Positions 8,983 to 18,308 of a DNA stretch of 47,954 nt are shown in pieces. Each line of letters starts with the position of its first letter. Position 1 is the stretch's first letter. The position numbers and the translations under genes were made by a program. Source of the stretch: Pseudomonadota bacterium (GTDB lineage Bacteria > Pseudomonadota > Alphaproteobacteria > Caulobacterales > Hyphomonadaceae); contig JBCCMX010000001.1 in assembly GCA_039026135.1 (NCBI GenBank), positions 1 through 47,954 on the forward strand, read 5' to 3'. The notes beneath the pieces are model-generated. The model was not told where the DNA came from. It made no database searches and was given only the letters and a program-made list of their open reading frames with translations.

Positions 8983-11598
8983 TCAATAGACATCCCCGTC
9001 AATATCAACATCGACAATATCGCTTTCAATCAACGCGCCGGTCTCTGGGTCGACCTGCGGCAAGAGGGGTTCAAAGTCACTGCTGCCCGTGCCGGAGATG
9101 GAGATGCCCTGATCAATGTCGAAGGACATGCCCGGCTCTGTACCCGGACGGAATGCCTCCAGAATGATCGTCTCGCTGGTAAAGGTTGGCGGGCGACCGG
9201 TGCGCGCATCAATGTTGACGAGCCGCACGCCGGGCGGAATGCGGAAGGGCAGCGCCGGCTTGTCGGCGAGCGCGCGCTCCATGAACTCGGTGAAAACCAC
9301 GCCGGCCACAGAGCCGCCGCCTTCGCCCTGCCCGAGCGTGCGCGGCTCATCAAAGCCCATATAGATGCCGACGACGAGATCGGGCGAGAAGCCAAAGAAG
9401 AGCGCGTCAACATAATCATTGGTTGTTCCGGTCTTGCCGGCGAGCGGCTTGCCGACACGCCGTGCGCGCCGGCCCGTGCCGCGCTCCACGACCCCCTGGA
9501 GCATATGGACCAGTTGATAGGCGACAATCGGATCAACCAATTGCTTGCGGGTATCGGGCAAGACAGGCGGCCCGCTGACACCATCCCAGCCAGCGGCGCT
9601 GCAGTCTTCGCACGGGCGCTCATCATGTTTGTAGAGCGTCGCGCCATGGCGATCCTGGACCCGGTCAAGCAAGGTCGGCGTGACTTCCTTGCCGCCATTG
9701 ACGAACGCGGCATAGGCCTTGGCCATCCGCCAGGGCGTTGTCTCGCCAGAGCCGAGCGCCATTGCAGGCACTGCAAGCAAATTGTCATAGACGCCAAAGC
9801 GTTCGGCAAACTCTGACACTGCTTCCATGCCGATATCTGTCGCCACCCGCGCGGTGACCTGGTTGAAGGATTTCTCAAGCGCCACACGCATGGTGACATC
9901 GCCATAGCTTATACCTTCGGCATAGTTTTCAGGTTTCCAGACCTCGCCGGTAAACTCGTCATAATACACATAGGGCGAGTCCAGAATACGCGTCGCGGGC
10001 GTATAGCCCTGTTCAAGGGCGGCGCCGTAGACAAACGGCTTGAAGGACGAGCCAGGCTGACGTTTGGCCTGGGTGACGCGGTTGAACGGGCTTTTGAAGA
10101 AGGAGTATCCCCCCATCATGGCGAGCACACGGCCTGTATGCGGATCAAGCGCAACCAGCGCGCCATCCACCTCCGGAACCTGTTTCAGTTCGGACACGCC
10201 GGTGGGAACCATAATCGGCTCCAGCACGCTGACGGTCTGGTCGTCATCAGCTGGCTCGCCTTCACGCGCCGTGGCGATCTCTTCGCCGGCCATGATCTGA
10301 CGTTTTACCTCAACCAGCACGACATCCCCGCGGCGCAACCCTGCGCCGCCATCCTCGCGGACATAAGTTTCGGCCCATTCCAGATCCTCAATCGGGATCG
10401 TGGTCTCAAGCCCATCAGACAAGACGAGCGAAGCGCCCGCATCATTCTTCGCGCGCACCATGGCGCGTTCCCAGCTGCCATAACCGCCCGGCAGGCGAAC
10501 ATTGTTCAGCTGCTCCAAGACGTCGGCGGCGCCGGCATTGAGCTGTGTCAGCGGCCCGCGATAGTCATGCCGGCGATCATAGGTTTCCAGACCGAACTGC
10601 AGCGCTTCCTGGGCCGCAATCTGCAGCTTGGTATCGATGGTGGTGCGGATGGACAGGCCGCCCTGCTCCAGGCCTTCCTCGCCATATTGCTCAATCAACT
10701 GCTTGCGCAGCTCCTGAACGAAATAGGTCGCGGCGGAATATTCCGGCCCGCGCAGGCGCTTGGTCGTGTTCAATGGCAAGGCGATGGCCGCATCGGCCTG
10801 TTCCTGATCGATATAGCCGTCTTCGACCATGCGGCCGATCACGTAATTGCGCCGCTGTAACAGGCGTTCCGGATTGGTGTAGGGGTTTACGCGTCCCGGG
10901 AATTTGGGCAGCGAAGCAAGAATGGCTGCCTCTGAAATATCAAGCTCGGGCAGCGACTTGTTGAAATAATTCAGCGCGGCCGAGCCGACACCGTACGAAC
11001 GCCCGCCAAGATAAATCTCGTTCATATAAAGCTCGATAATGTGCTCCTTGGTGAACGCCTCTTCCATGCGGCTCGCAACAATCGCTTCTTTCACCTTGCG
11101 GATGATGGTTTGATCGCGGGTCAGCAGCATGTTCTTGGCGACCTGCTGGGTAATGGTCGAACCGCCTTGCAGCGATCCAGAGCCAAACAGCCGCGAGCGC
11201 GCGGAGTTGATAGCGGCGCGCACAACACCCGTCCAATCAATGCCCTTATGCTCAAAGAAATTCTTGTCTTCTGCCGACACAAAGGCTTGCACGACATGCT
11301 CCGGGATCGCCTCGAACGGCACGAAAACGCGGTGCTCGTCGGCAAACTCATAGATTAGCGTGCCGTCCCCGGCATGGACGCGTGATGTAATTGGCGGATT
11401 ATATTCTGCCAGCTTCTCAACCGACGGCACCGTGCGCCCCAGCGCGGCAAGCCACAGCCATAGCGCGATCAGCGCAATGATACCGACAACAGCGCTGAAA
11501 ATCAGCGCATAGAGCGCGTTTCGCCATGTGAAGACCGTTTTGACGATCTTCATGAACAGGCTTGGCTCGTGCGGATTTGGCTCAACCGTTTCGTACAT
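8983..11598 (-). CDS. mrcA: Penicillin-binding protein 1A (class A PBP)
   Basis: Transglycosylase motifs SAEDKNF and GGSTITQQ, transpeptidase motifs SSFK, SFN and KTG, N-terminal TM. ATG 11598 preferred over TTG 11604. Confidence 0.95.
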   Translation of the reverse strand: MYETVEPNPHEPSLFMKIVKTVFTWRNALYALIFSAVVGIIALIALWLWLAALGRTVPSVEKLAEYNPPITSRVHAGDGTLIYEFADEHRVFVPFEAIPEHVVQAFVSAEDKNFFEHKGIDWTGVVRAAINSARSRLFGSGSLQGGSTITQQVAKNMLLTRDQTIIRKVKEAIVASRMEEAFTKEHIIELYMNEIYLGGRSYGVGSAALNYFNKSLPELDISEAAILASLPKFPGRVNPYTNPERLLQRRNYVIGRMVEDGYIDQEQADAAIALPLNTTKRLRGPEYSAATYFVQELRKQLIEQYGEEGLEQGGLSIRTTIDTKLQIAAQEALQFGLETYDRRHDYRGPLTQLNAGAADVLEQLNNVRLPGGYGSWERAMVRAKNDAGASLVLSDGLETTIPIEDLEWAETYVREDGGAGLRRGDVVLVEVKRQIMAGEEIATAREGEPADDDQTVSVLEPIMVPTGVSELKQVPEVDGALVALDPHTGRVLAMMGGYSFFKSPFNRVTQAKRQPGSSFKPFVYGAALEQGYTPATRILDSPYVYYDEFTGEVWKPENYAEGISYGDVTMRVALEKSFNQVTARVATDIGMEAVSEFAERFGVYDNLLAVPAMALGSGETTPWRMAKAYAAFVNGGKEVTPTLLDRVQDRHGATLYKHDERPCEDCSAAGWDGVSGPPVLPDTRKQLVDPIVAYQLVHMLQGVVERGTGRRARRVGKPLAGKTGTTNDYVDALFFGFSPDLVVGIYMGFDEPRTLGQGEGGGSVAGVVFTEFMERALADKPALPFRIPPGVRLVNIDARTGRPPTFTSETIILEAFRPGTEPGMSFDIDQGISISGTGSSDFEPLLPQVDPETGALIESDIVDVDIDGDVY

Positions 11599-11691
11599 CT
11601 TCAAAGCCTTTCAGGACCGGCATATGGCGTGTGAATCACATGCGAACGGGGCAAGACTAAGGCGCTTGCCGCATCACGAAAAGACCATGTC

Positions 11692-12918
11692 TCAGTTAGA
11701 AGCGAGTAATAATTCCTGCCGGTCGAAATAGGTATCAATGGCGCGTTTAATGGCTTCGGCTGATTTGCGCCGGCCTGTACTGGACTTCAGGCGACGGGCA
11801 TCCTGCTTGTTGCTGAGAAACCCGATCTCAACCAAAACAGCCGGCACATCCGGGGCCAGCAGCACAAACAGATTGCCTTGGCGATGTGTATTGCGCAGCA
11901 ATGGCCCCGCCTCGGCAAGTTCGCTGACAAGAAAGTCGGCAAAAATGGCCGAGTTTGACTTGGTTTCACGTTTGACAAGATCGGTCAGGATGCCCTCAAC
12001 TTCATCATTGGCCGCGCCCTCAATCGGGATTTCCCAGCCATATTTGACAGCTGTGCCCTCAATCCGGCGTTCACCACGGGTCGAGATCGTATAGACCGAT
12101 GCGCCGGAAATATCCGGTTTCAACGCCGCGTCGGCATGCACGGATATGAACAGGTCAGCGCCCCATTCGCGCGCCATCGAGACGCGGTCTTCATGTTCCA
12201 CATAGACATCCTTGGTGCGCGTCAGCATGACATCATAGCGTGGGTCTTTTTCCAGAAACTCCTGCAACTTCAAAGAGGTTTGCAGCACAATCGACTTTTC
12301 TTCACCGCCCGTCACAACCGGCGCGCCCGGATCCCGGCCGCCATGGCCCGGATCAATCGCGATTTTGTGGCGCGGCGCCGGTCTGACAATAGAGCTGTCT
12401 TCCAGCGACCAGGGCTTTTGAGAGGGGGCTGCGGCGATGTCTTGCGGCGCGCTTGCACGGACGGTTTCCGCTTTCGGGCGCCAGCTGCGATACCGTTTGG
12501 CATCAGCATGGGCTGACTTTGCGAATCGGGTCTCTGACACGCTGACAAGGTCGAGCACCAGGCGATAGCGGGCCTCACCGCCGGTGGGCGGCAGGTCGAG
12601 CTCACGCATCACCATCATTGGCCGGTCTAGCTCGAAAACGATATGGCCATCGTCGAGCGTATAGGCCGAAACACCGCCAGTTGGCGTGCCGAGATACGCA
12701 TCGGCGCTGAGAAGATATGTTGACGGCACGACCTGGATCGCACGCAACCCGCCTTGCGTACTGGCAAAAACCCCGGCATTCATATCGTGATCCGATGCCA
12801 GTGTAATGCGTGTGAACTCGCCATCGCCGGCGACACCGATCGACCTGATCTGCGCCGCAGCGATCTGGCTGAAGATCAGCGCCAGAACCATAAAAAAAGT
12901 TGTTCGTGCGAACACCAT
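11692..12918 (-). CDS. amiC: N-acetylmuramoyl-L-alanine amidase (Amidase_3)
   Basis: Signal peptide from ATG 12918, plus IDPGHGGRDPG, LFISVHAD and VLVEIGFLSN. Confidence 0.92.
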   Translation of the reverse strand: MVFARTTFFMVLALIFSQIAAAQIRSIGVAGDGEFTRITLASDHDMNAGVFASTQGGLRAIQVVPSTYLLSADAYLGTPTGGVSAYTLDDGHIVFELDRPMMVMRELDLPPTGGEARYRLVLDLVSVSETRFAKSAHADAKRYRSWRPKAETVRASAPQDIAAAPSQKPWSLEDSSIVRPAPRHKIAIDPGHGGRDPGAPVVTGGEEKSIVLQTSLKLQEFLEKDPRYDVMLTRTKDVYVEHEDRVSMAREWGADLFISVHADAALKPDISGASVYTISTRGERRIEGTAVKYGWEIPIEGAANDEVEGILTDLVKRETKSNSAIFADFLVSELAEAGPLLRNTHRQGNLFVLLAPDVPAVLVEIGFLSNKQDARRLKSSTGRRKSAEAIKRAIDTYFDRQELLLASN

Positions 12919-13342
12919 ACCGTTTTGACCCACTGCCGCGCCGCCCAAATCTCATGGCGCCAGTTTGCTCTTCTTTTTGCCAGTCCCTGTCTTAATCGCA
13001 GATTTACGTGATGAAATGAATAAACTCTCAGCACACAGCCAATTTGGACTTCCAATTGCGACACTTATTGGGCATGTTGGTTTAAGCCCTGATGAATGGG
13101 CCGAAACAGAATCCCCGAATGGGCATGTGAACAGGCTTGGCCGCCTGCACGAGATCCAAACCGGAACGGATAGGTAATGAGTTTTCAGATCAGTTTTTCC
13201 CATGCAGAGACCGGCGGCCAGACAAGCCTCCGGGCGCTGGGTGATCGATCTGAACCCCAGGAACACGAAGACTTTGGCGCGTTTCGCCATCGCCCGCCGT
13301 TGCGGCGGGCGTTAGCGCCGCCAACACCCAAGGCACACTATA

Positions 13343-16045
13343 ATGAGCAAACAAATGCTAATCGACGCGGTCCACCCGGAAGAGACCCGTGTCGCCCTCG
13401 TCAACGATGGACGGATCGAAGACTTTGATTTTGAAACCGCCGGCAAAGAACAGCTGCGCGGCAATATCTATCTTGCAAAAGTCACCCGCGTAGAACCCTC
13501 GCTACAGGCCTGTTTTGTCGAATATGGCGGTAACCGCCACGGCTTCCTGGCCTTCAGCGAGATTCACCCGGACTATTACCAGCTGCCCCAGGCGGACCGC
13601 GACGCCCTGCTGGAAGAGGCGGCGCGCGCCGCCGAAGAGGCCGGCGACGATCATGATGATGATGATTTCGATGCACCCGACGAGGACGATATTCCCAGCG
13701 CCGAGCTCGATGAGAGCGAAGAGGCCGATCTCGAAGCGGCGGCAGATACCGATGCGGATGACGCCGGCGAAACTGGCACGACCGACGAAGCCGATGATAT
13801 CGCTGAGGCCGATCCCGACGCACCGGACATTGTCGCCTCGGATGAGGCCAACGATGCAGCAAGTGATGAGCCGTCTGATGACAGCGACGACGACGAAGAG
13901 GCATCCGACAGCGAGGCCAAACCCGAAGCGCGGCGGCGCAGCGCACGCAAGACGCGCGCAACCAGTCTGGCGCGGCGCTACAAGATTCAGGAAGTCATTC
14001 GGCGCCGCCAGATCCTGCTGGTTCAGGTCGTCAAGGAAGAGCGCGGCAATAAAGGCGCAGCGCTAACGACTTATCTGTCTCTGGCCGGTCGCTATTCAGT
14101 TCTGATGCCGAACACGCCGCGCGGCGGCGGTATTTCGCGAAAGATTGCCAATACAGGCGACCGTCGCCGGCTGAAGGCAATCATGGGACAGCTTGATGTG
14201 CCGAAAGGCATGGGCTTGATTGTCCGCACAGCCGGGGCGAAACGGACCGAATCCGACATTCGGCGCGACTATGATTACCTCCAGTCGCTGTGGAACAATA
14301 TTCGCTCTGCAACCATGGAATCGATTGCGCCGGCCTGCATCCACGAGGAAGGTGGCCTGGTCCACCGCGCCATGCGGGACATGTTCGATCGCGGTATCGA
14401 AGACGTGATCGTACAGGGCGACAAAGCTTACCGCGAAGCCAAGGATCTTGCCAAAGTCCTGATGCCGACCCAGGCGCGCAAAGTGAAGCGCTGGACAGCG
14501 CCGCAGCCGCTTTTCTCAGCCGAGAGTGTTGAGGATCAACTCGATTCGATTTTCTCCCCGGTCGTTCAAATGAAGTCAGGCGGCTATCTGGTGATCAACC
14601 AGACCGAAGCGTTGGTGGCGATTGACGTCAACTCGGGCAAGTCGACCCGCGAACGCTCAATTGAACAGACCGCGCTGCGCACCAATCTGGAAGCGGCCGA
14701 TGAGGCCTGCCGCCAGATGCGTCTGCGCGATCTGGCTGGCCTCGTTGTGATCGACTTCATCGACATGGACGAGAACAAGAATAATCGCGCCGTCGAAAAA
14801 CGTATGAAAGAGGCGCTCAAACTGGACAGGGCACGCGTGCAGAACAGCCGGATCTCCCAATTCGGGCTTATGGAAATCTCGCGCCAAAGACGGCGCGCCG
14901 GTATTTTGCAGGCGACATCGGAAGTCTGTGATGCGTGTAATGGAACGGGCAGCCGCCGCTCCATTCCTTCGGCAGCGCTGCAGCTCATCCGCGCGCTGGA
15001 AAGCCGCGCGGCGGGTGACACGCTGAAAGGCATTACCGTCACCGCACCGACAGATGTCGCGCTCTACCTCTTGAACGCAAAACGCGATGCGATCTCCAGC
15101 ATAGAAGACGCGGCCGGCTTCACGATCGCGATTTCGTCTTCGGTCGAGATGATCCCCGGCGATTTCGAGCTGAAAGTCGACAAGGAAGGCGGACGCCGGC
15201 GCCGCAAAGCAAAGTTTGACCGCTCCAAATTCCTCGAAGGCGACGAGGACGATCACCTGCTACCAGAGCCCGAAGACGATGAAGGCGAAGAAACAGCCCT
15301 CGCAGACGGCGAAACATCACAGGCCCCAGTCGAAGGCGAGGATGAGAGCGGCGAGAATTCAGCTTCCGGTCGTAAGCGCCGCCGCCGTGGACGCCGCGGC
15401 GGGCGCCGACGGCGCCGCGAGGGCGATCTCATCGATCCTGGCACGCCGCCAAGCGATGGTGGCGCGCTGCTGGATGGAATCTCAGCCAGTGTCACGAACC
15501 TGCTTGACGATGAACCGCCCGCGCTTCCCGCCGCAGAAGATGGCGGTCTGATCTCCTCGCCGGTGGCCGTGCTGGCGCAAGCGAGCGCCCCTGTCGAACA
15601 GAAAACCGAAACGGCCGAGGCCGGCAGCGATGAGGGCGCGCCCAAGAAAAAGCGCCGTCGGCGCCGAAGGCGCCGGCGAAGTGAGGGCGACGAGACGCAG
15701 ACGGTCGAGGCCACCGAGAGCAACGACGAGACAGCATCTGAGCCGGAAAAGGTCTCAGGCGCTGATCCAGTTGCCGAAGCACCTGAAAGCGATGGCGAGC
15801 CTGTTGTCATCGAAACGGTCGAATCCGAGGCGCCCGCGCCTGCACCTGAACCGGTAGCTGCAGAAGCGGCGGTCGAACCGGAACCTGAAGCCGCTCCCGA
15901 ACCTGACGTGACGCCCGAGCCGGCTGTCGCGGCTGAGCCGGCGCCGACACCGAGCGTCAGTCAGCCAATCGCCACAGAACCAGTTCTGGAAACAAGCGCG
16001 CCTGCAGCAAAGAAAAAGCGCCGCGGCTGGTGGTCAAAAGGCTAG
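13343..16045 (+). CDS. rne: Ribonuclease E
   Basis: GNIYLAKVTRVEPSLQA, AIDVNSG, VIDFIDM, CxxC Zn-link, acidic S1 insertion, Arg-rich blocks, C-terminal GWW motif. Confidence 0.97.
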   Translation: MSKQMLIDAVHPEETRVALVNDGRIEDFDFETAGKEQLRGNIYLAKVTRVEPSLQACFVEYGGNRHGFLAFSEIHPDYYQLPQADRDALLEEAARAAEEAGDDHDDDDFDAPDEDDIPSAELDESEEADLEAAADTDADDAGETGTTDEADDIAEADPDAPDIVASDEANDAASDEPSDDSDDDEEASDSEAKPEARRRSARKTRATSLARRYKIQEVIRRRQILLVQVVKEERGNKGAALTTYLSLAGRYSVLMPNTPRGGGISRKIANTGDRRRLKAIMGQLDVPKGMGLIVRTAGAKRTESDIRRDYDYLQSLWNNIRSATMESIAPACIHEEGGLVHRAMRDMFDRGIEDVIVQGDKAYREAKDLAKVLMPTQARKVKRWTAPQPLFSAESVEDQLDSIFSPVVQMKSGGYLVINQTEALVAIDVNSGKSTRERSIEQTALRTNLEAADEACRQMRLRDLAGLVVIDFIDMDENKNNRAVEKRMKEALKLDRARVQNSRISQFGLMEISRQRRRAGILQATSEVCDACNGTGSRRSIPSAALQLIRALESRAAGDTLKGITVTAPTDVALYLLNAKRDAISSIEDAAGFTIAISSSVEMIPGDFELKVDKEGGRRRRKAKFDRSKFLEGDEDDHLLPEPEDDEGEETALADGETSQAPVEGEDESGENSASGRKRRRRGRRGGRRRRREGDLIDPGTPPSDGGALLDGISASVTNLLDDEPPALPAAEDGGLISSPVAVLAQASAPVEQKTETAEAGSDEGAPKKKRRRRRRRRRSEGDETQTVEATESNDETASEPEKVSGADPVAEAPESDGEPVVIETVESEAPAPAPEPVAAEAAVEPEPEAAPEPDVTPEPAVAAEPAPTPSVSQPIATEPVLETSAPAAKKKRRGWWSKG

Positions 16046-16076
16046 ACCGATCAACGATTTACACGACAGATAACGT

Positions 16077-16116
16077 GCAAAGCCAGCTTGACCCAGCTGG
16101 CTTTGCCTCTTACATC
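16077..16116 (+). promoter_or_regulatory. Sigma70-type promoter for the decarboxylase leader, embedded in an 11-bp inverted repeat
   Basis: TTGACC (16088-16093), 17-nt spacer, TACATC (16111-16116). Repeat arms GCAAAGCCAGC 16077-16087 and GCTGGCTTTGC 16096-16106. Confidence 0.65.
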
Positions 16117-16119
16117 CAC

Positions 16120-16233
16120 GCTCGACAAGCAAGCGAGCTACGGCGGGCGAAAGAGCCGTCAGTACGAGTGAGCCCAACTGTCTTCCCTTTCAATGCCGGC
16201 ACGCCGGTTTTGCTTGATGAGGATACTTGGATG
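16120..16233 (+). ncRNA. Structured cis-regulatory leader RNA, probably the alphaproteobacterial speF leader motif
   Basis: Stems GCTCG/CGAGC and ACGGC/GCCGT, plus a long hairpin at 16174-16230 covering the GAGGA RBS. Located 5' of an ornithine decarboxylase, where the Rfam speF element is described. Family match not computed. Confidence 0.6.
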
Positions 16234-16365
16234 ACCTTAGACCTGCTCGCACCCGCGACCCTGATCAAAAAAATCGATGTGGCATTCGACACATCATCCT
16301 TGCTAAGGAACCTTGCCAAAGACGCCGACTATATGGCGGCTGTGGCTGAACTTTCCAGGCTGTAG
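16231..16365 (+). CDS. 44-aa leader peptide (uORF) MTLDLLAPATLIKKIDVAFDTSSLLRNLAKDADYMAAVAELSRL
   Basis: GAGGA at 16219-16223, 7 nt before ATG 16231. Lies downstream of the predicted promoter and is the 3' part of track ORF 16030-16365. Confidence 0.6.
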   Translation: MTLDLLAPATLIKKIDVAFDTSSLLRNLAKDADYMAAVAELSRL

Positions 16366-16460
16366 CGGGCCAATTGCCCGCCCAATCGGTGACCGCCAGG
16401 CGACCTTCCGCCTGCCCTGTTATGTTCGGTAAATACCGATCTGTTCGGACCCTTCAGCCA

Positions 16461-17654
16461 ATGTTTCACTCTCCCTCGACACGCCTCGCGCAGCCTGCCC
16501 TGCTCCCGGGTTTTGACCGTCCGTCCGGCCTGCCCGTGTTTGACACGATTGCTGCTGCGCTGAACGCCTATCGCGGCGATGATGCCCTTCACGTGCTCTA
16601 TCCGGCGAGGATTGCCTCAGCGGCCCAGCAATTTCTGACCGCCTTTCCAGGCGAGACACTCTATGCGGTCAAATCCAACCCGCATCCGGCAGTCCTCAAA
16701 ATCCTCTGGGCAAGCGGCGTGCGCAGATTTGATGTCGCCTCGATCCGCGAAATGGACCTTGTGGCAACCGCCTGCCCGGACGCTGTCCTGTATTTGATGA
16801 ACCCGGTCAAATCGCGGGCAACCATTCGTCATGCCTATCGCCTCGGCGTGCGCGATCTGGCGTTTGACAGCAAATTCGAGCTGCAGAAAATCATCGACGA
16901 AACAAACCAGGCTGATGATCTCAACCTGCATCTGCGTGTACAGGTCTCACAGGGCGACGCCGCCATGCCGCTGGCGGGCAAATTTGGCGCGGGTTTCGAT
17001 GATGCGGTGACCCTTCTGCAGACGGCAAGACCGCTCGCGGCCAAGCTCGGCATCTGTTTTCATGTCGGCAGCCAGTGTATGGAGCCGGACGCCTTCGCCA
17101 ACGCGCTGCATCATATGCGCGCCCTGGTTGATACGGCCGGCATTGCGATCGATCTGATCGATTGCGGCGGCGGTTTCCCTGTCGCTTATCCGGGGATGAC
17201 GTCGCCGCCCTTGCAGACATATTTTGACGCGATTTCAGATGCGCTGAGCGAAACCGGTTTTGGCGCGCTCGATATACTGGCTGAGCCCGGTCGAGCTATT
17301 TGCGCTGAAGGCGGCTCGACACTGGCGCGTGTCGATCTGCGGCGAGGCAATGATCTCTACCTCAATGATGGTGCGTATGGATCGCTTTACGATGCGGCGA
17401 ACTTTGCCTGGAAGTATCCGGTCAAACGCCATCGCCTCACGCCAGCATCATCAGATGGCCCGGCCGGCTCATTTCGCTTTTTCGGGCCGACCTGTGATTC
17501 AACAGACATGATGGCCGGCCCCTTCGAGTTGCCTGATGATATCTGTGAAGGTGACTGGATTGAGATTTGCCACCTTGGCGCTTATGGTCAGGCGATGGCG
17601 ACAGGTTTCAATGGCTTCCAGTCTGACGCGACAATTGCGGTTCTGACCGCTTAA
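16461..17654 (+). CDS. Ornithine (or lysine/ornithine) decarboxylase, fold-type III PLP enzyme
   Basis: YAVKSN PLP lysine, FHVGSQ, DCGGGF, EPGR, GPTCDS, GAY. ATG 16461 with GGA upstream preferred. Confidence 0.9.
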   Translation: MFHSPSTRLAQPALLPGFDRPSGLPVFDTIAAALNAYRGDDALHVLYPARIASAAQQFLTAFPGETLYAVKSNPHPAVLKILWASGVRRFDVASIREMDLVATACPDAVLYLMNPVKSRATIRHAYRLGVRDLAFDSKFELQKIIDETNQADDLNLHLRVQVSQGDAAMPLAGKFGAGFDDAVTLLQTARPLAAKLGICFHVGSQCMEPDAFANALHHMRALVDTAGIAIDLIDCGGGFPVAYPGMTSPPLQTYFDAISDALSETGFGALDILAEPGRAICAEGGSTLARVDLRRGNDLYLNDGAYGSLYDAANFAWKYPVKRHRLTPASSDGPAGSFRFFGPTCDSTDMMAGPFELPDDICEGDWIEICHLGAYGQAMATGFNGFQSDATIAVLTA

Positions 17655-17666
17655 CCGCCAGCCCGA

Positions 17667-18308
17667 TCAGTCTTCATTTCGAACGCAGAGTCCGCCAAGT
17701 ATCAGATCGATATGCGTCTGGCTATAGACGTCGAGGTCGAGCGGATGGTGGGGCTGGAAGACCTGAGCCCATATCCCCGCTGCAACTGCGCCGGCCATCA
17801 CATTAAGCGCCAAAGTATCTCCGCCCATTTGTCGGAACTCGCCCGTCTGAACACCATACTCGATAATCTTGCGCGTCGCCGTCATGCCCCGCGCAAGCAC
17901 AGTCTTGTAATAAAACTCTGTTAGCGCGGGAAAATTCGGCCCCTCAGCAATGATCAGTCGCATCACAACGCGCCGGTCTTCGCTGACAACCTTGTTGTAC
18001 ATGAACGCCAATTGCTGACGCAGCATGTCGGCCGCGCTGCCCTGAAACTGTGAGAGGCGTGCCTCGGCCTGCTCAATCACGGGCAGCAGCTGGGTGCGCA
18101 CGACATCCTCGAACAAGGCCTCCTTACTGTCGAAGTAAAGGTAAATTGTCCCTTTTGACACGCCGGCCTCTTCGGCAACATCGTCAAGCTTTGCCGAGGC
18201 AAAGCCGACCCGAGAGAAGACATCCAGCGCCGCCTTGATAAGATCCTCGCGCCTTTGCTCCTTATGGGCCAGGCGCCGGTCTTCTGCGGAAAGCGATTGG
18301 ACTGGCAT
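17667..18308 (-). CDS. TetR/AcrR-family transcriptional regulator
   Basis: HTH VAEEAGVSKGTIYLYFDSKEALF. Start overlaps the RND stop (TAATG). Confidence 0.93.
   Translation of the reverse strand: MPVQSLSAEDRRLAHKEQRREDLIKAALDVFSRVGFASAKLDDVAEEAGVSKGTIYLYFDSKEALFEDVVRTQLLPVIEQAEARLSQFQGSAADMLRQQLAFMYNKVVSEDRRVVMRLIIAEGPNFPALTEFYYKTVLARGMTATRKIIEYGVQTGEFRQMGGDTLALNVMAGAVAAGIWAQVFQPHHPLDLDVYSQTHIDLILGGLCVRNED

Noticed and set aside
8926-9905. Long alternative-frame ORFs (296 aa +, 291 aa -) over mrcA
   Set aside because: Shadow frames typical of high-GC coding DNA, with no motifs.
13075-13108. Hammerhead-like core in the rne leader: TGTT-GGTTTAAGCC-CTGATGA-ATGGGCC-GAAACA
   Set aside because: Stem II cannot form (A/C at the conserved closing pair, 7-nt linker), stems I and III are only 3 bp, and a competing GCCC/GGGC hairpin exists. 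Such a match is plausible by chance in 48 kb. A co-transcriptional cleavage assay would settle it.
15370-15960. CGC/CGG runs and GAACC/GAGCC-type repeats
   Set aside because: They encode the poly-Arg and Glu-Pro tracts of RNase E. There is no repeat-spacer periodicity, so this is not CRISPR or a mobile repeat.
16030-16230. N-terminal part of the 111-aa track ORF
   Set aside because: It overlaps the rne end and spans the predicted promoter and structured RNA. Only the RBS-bearing part from ATG 16231 is credible.
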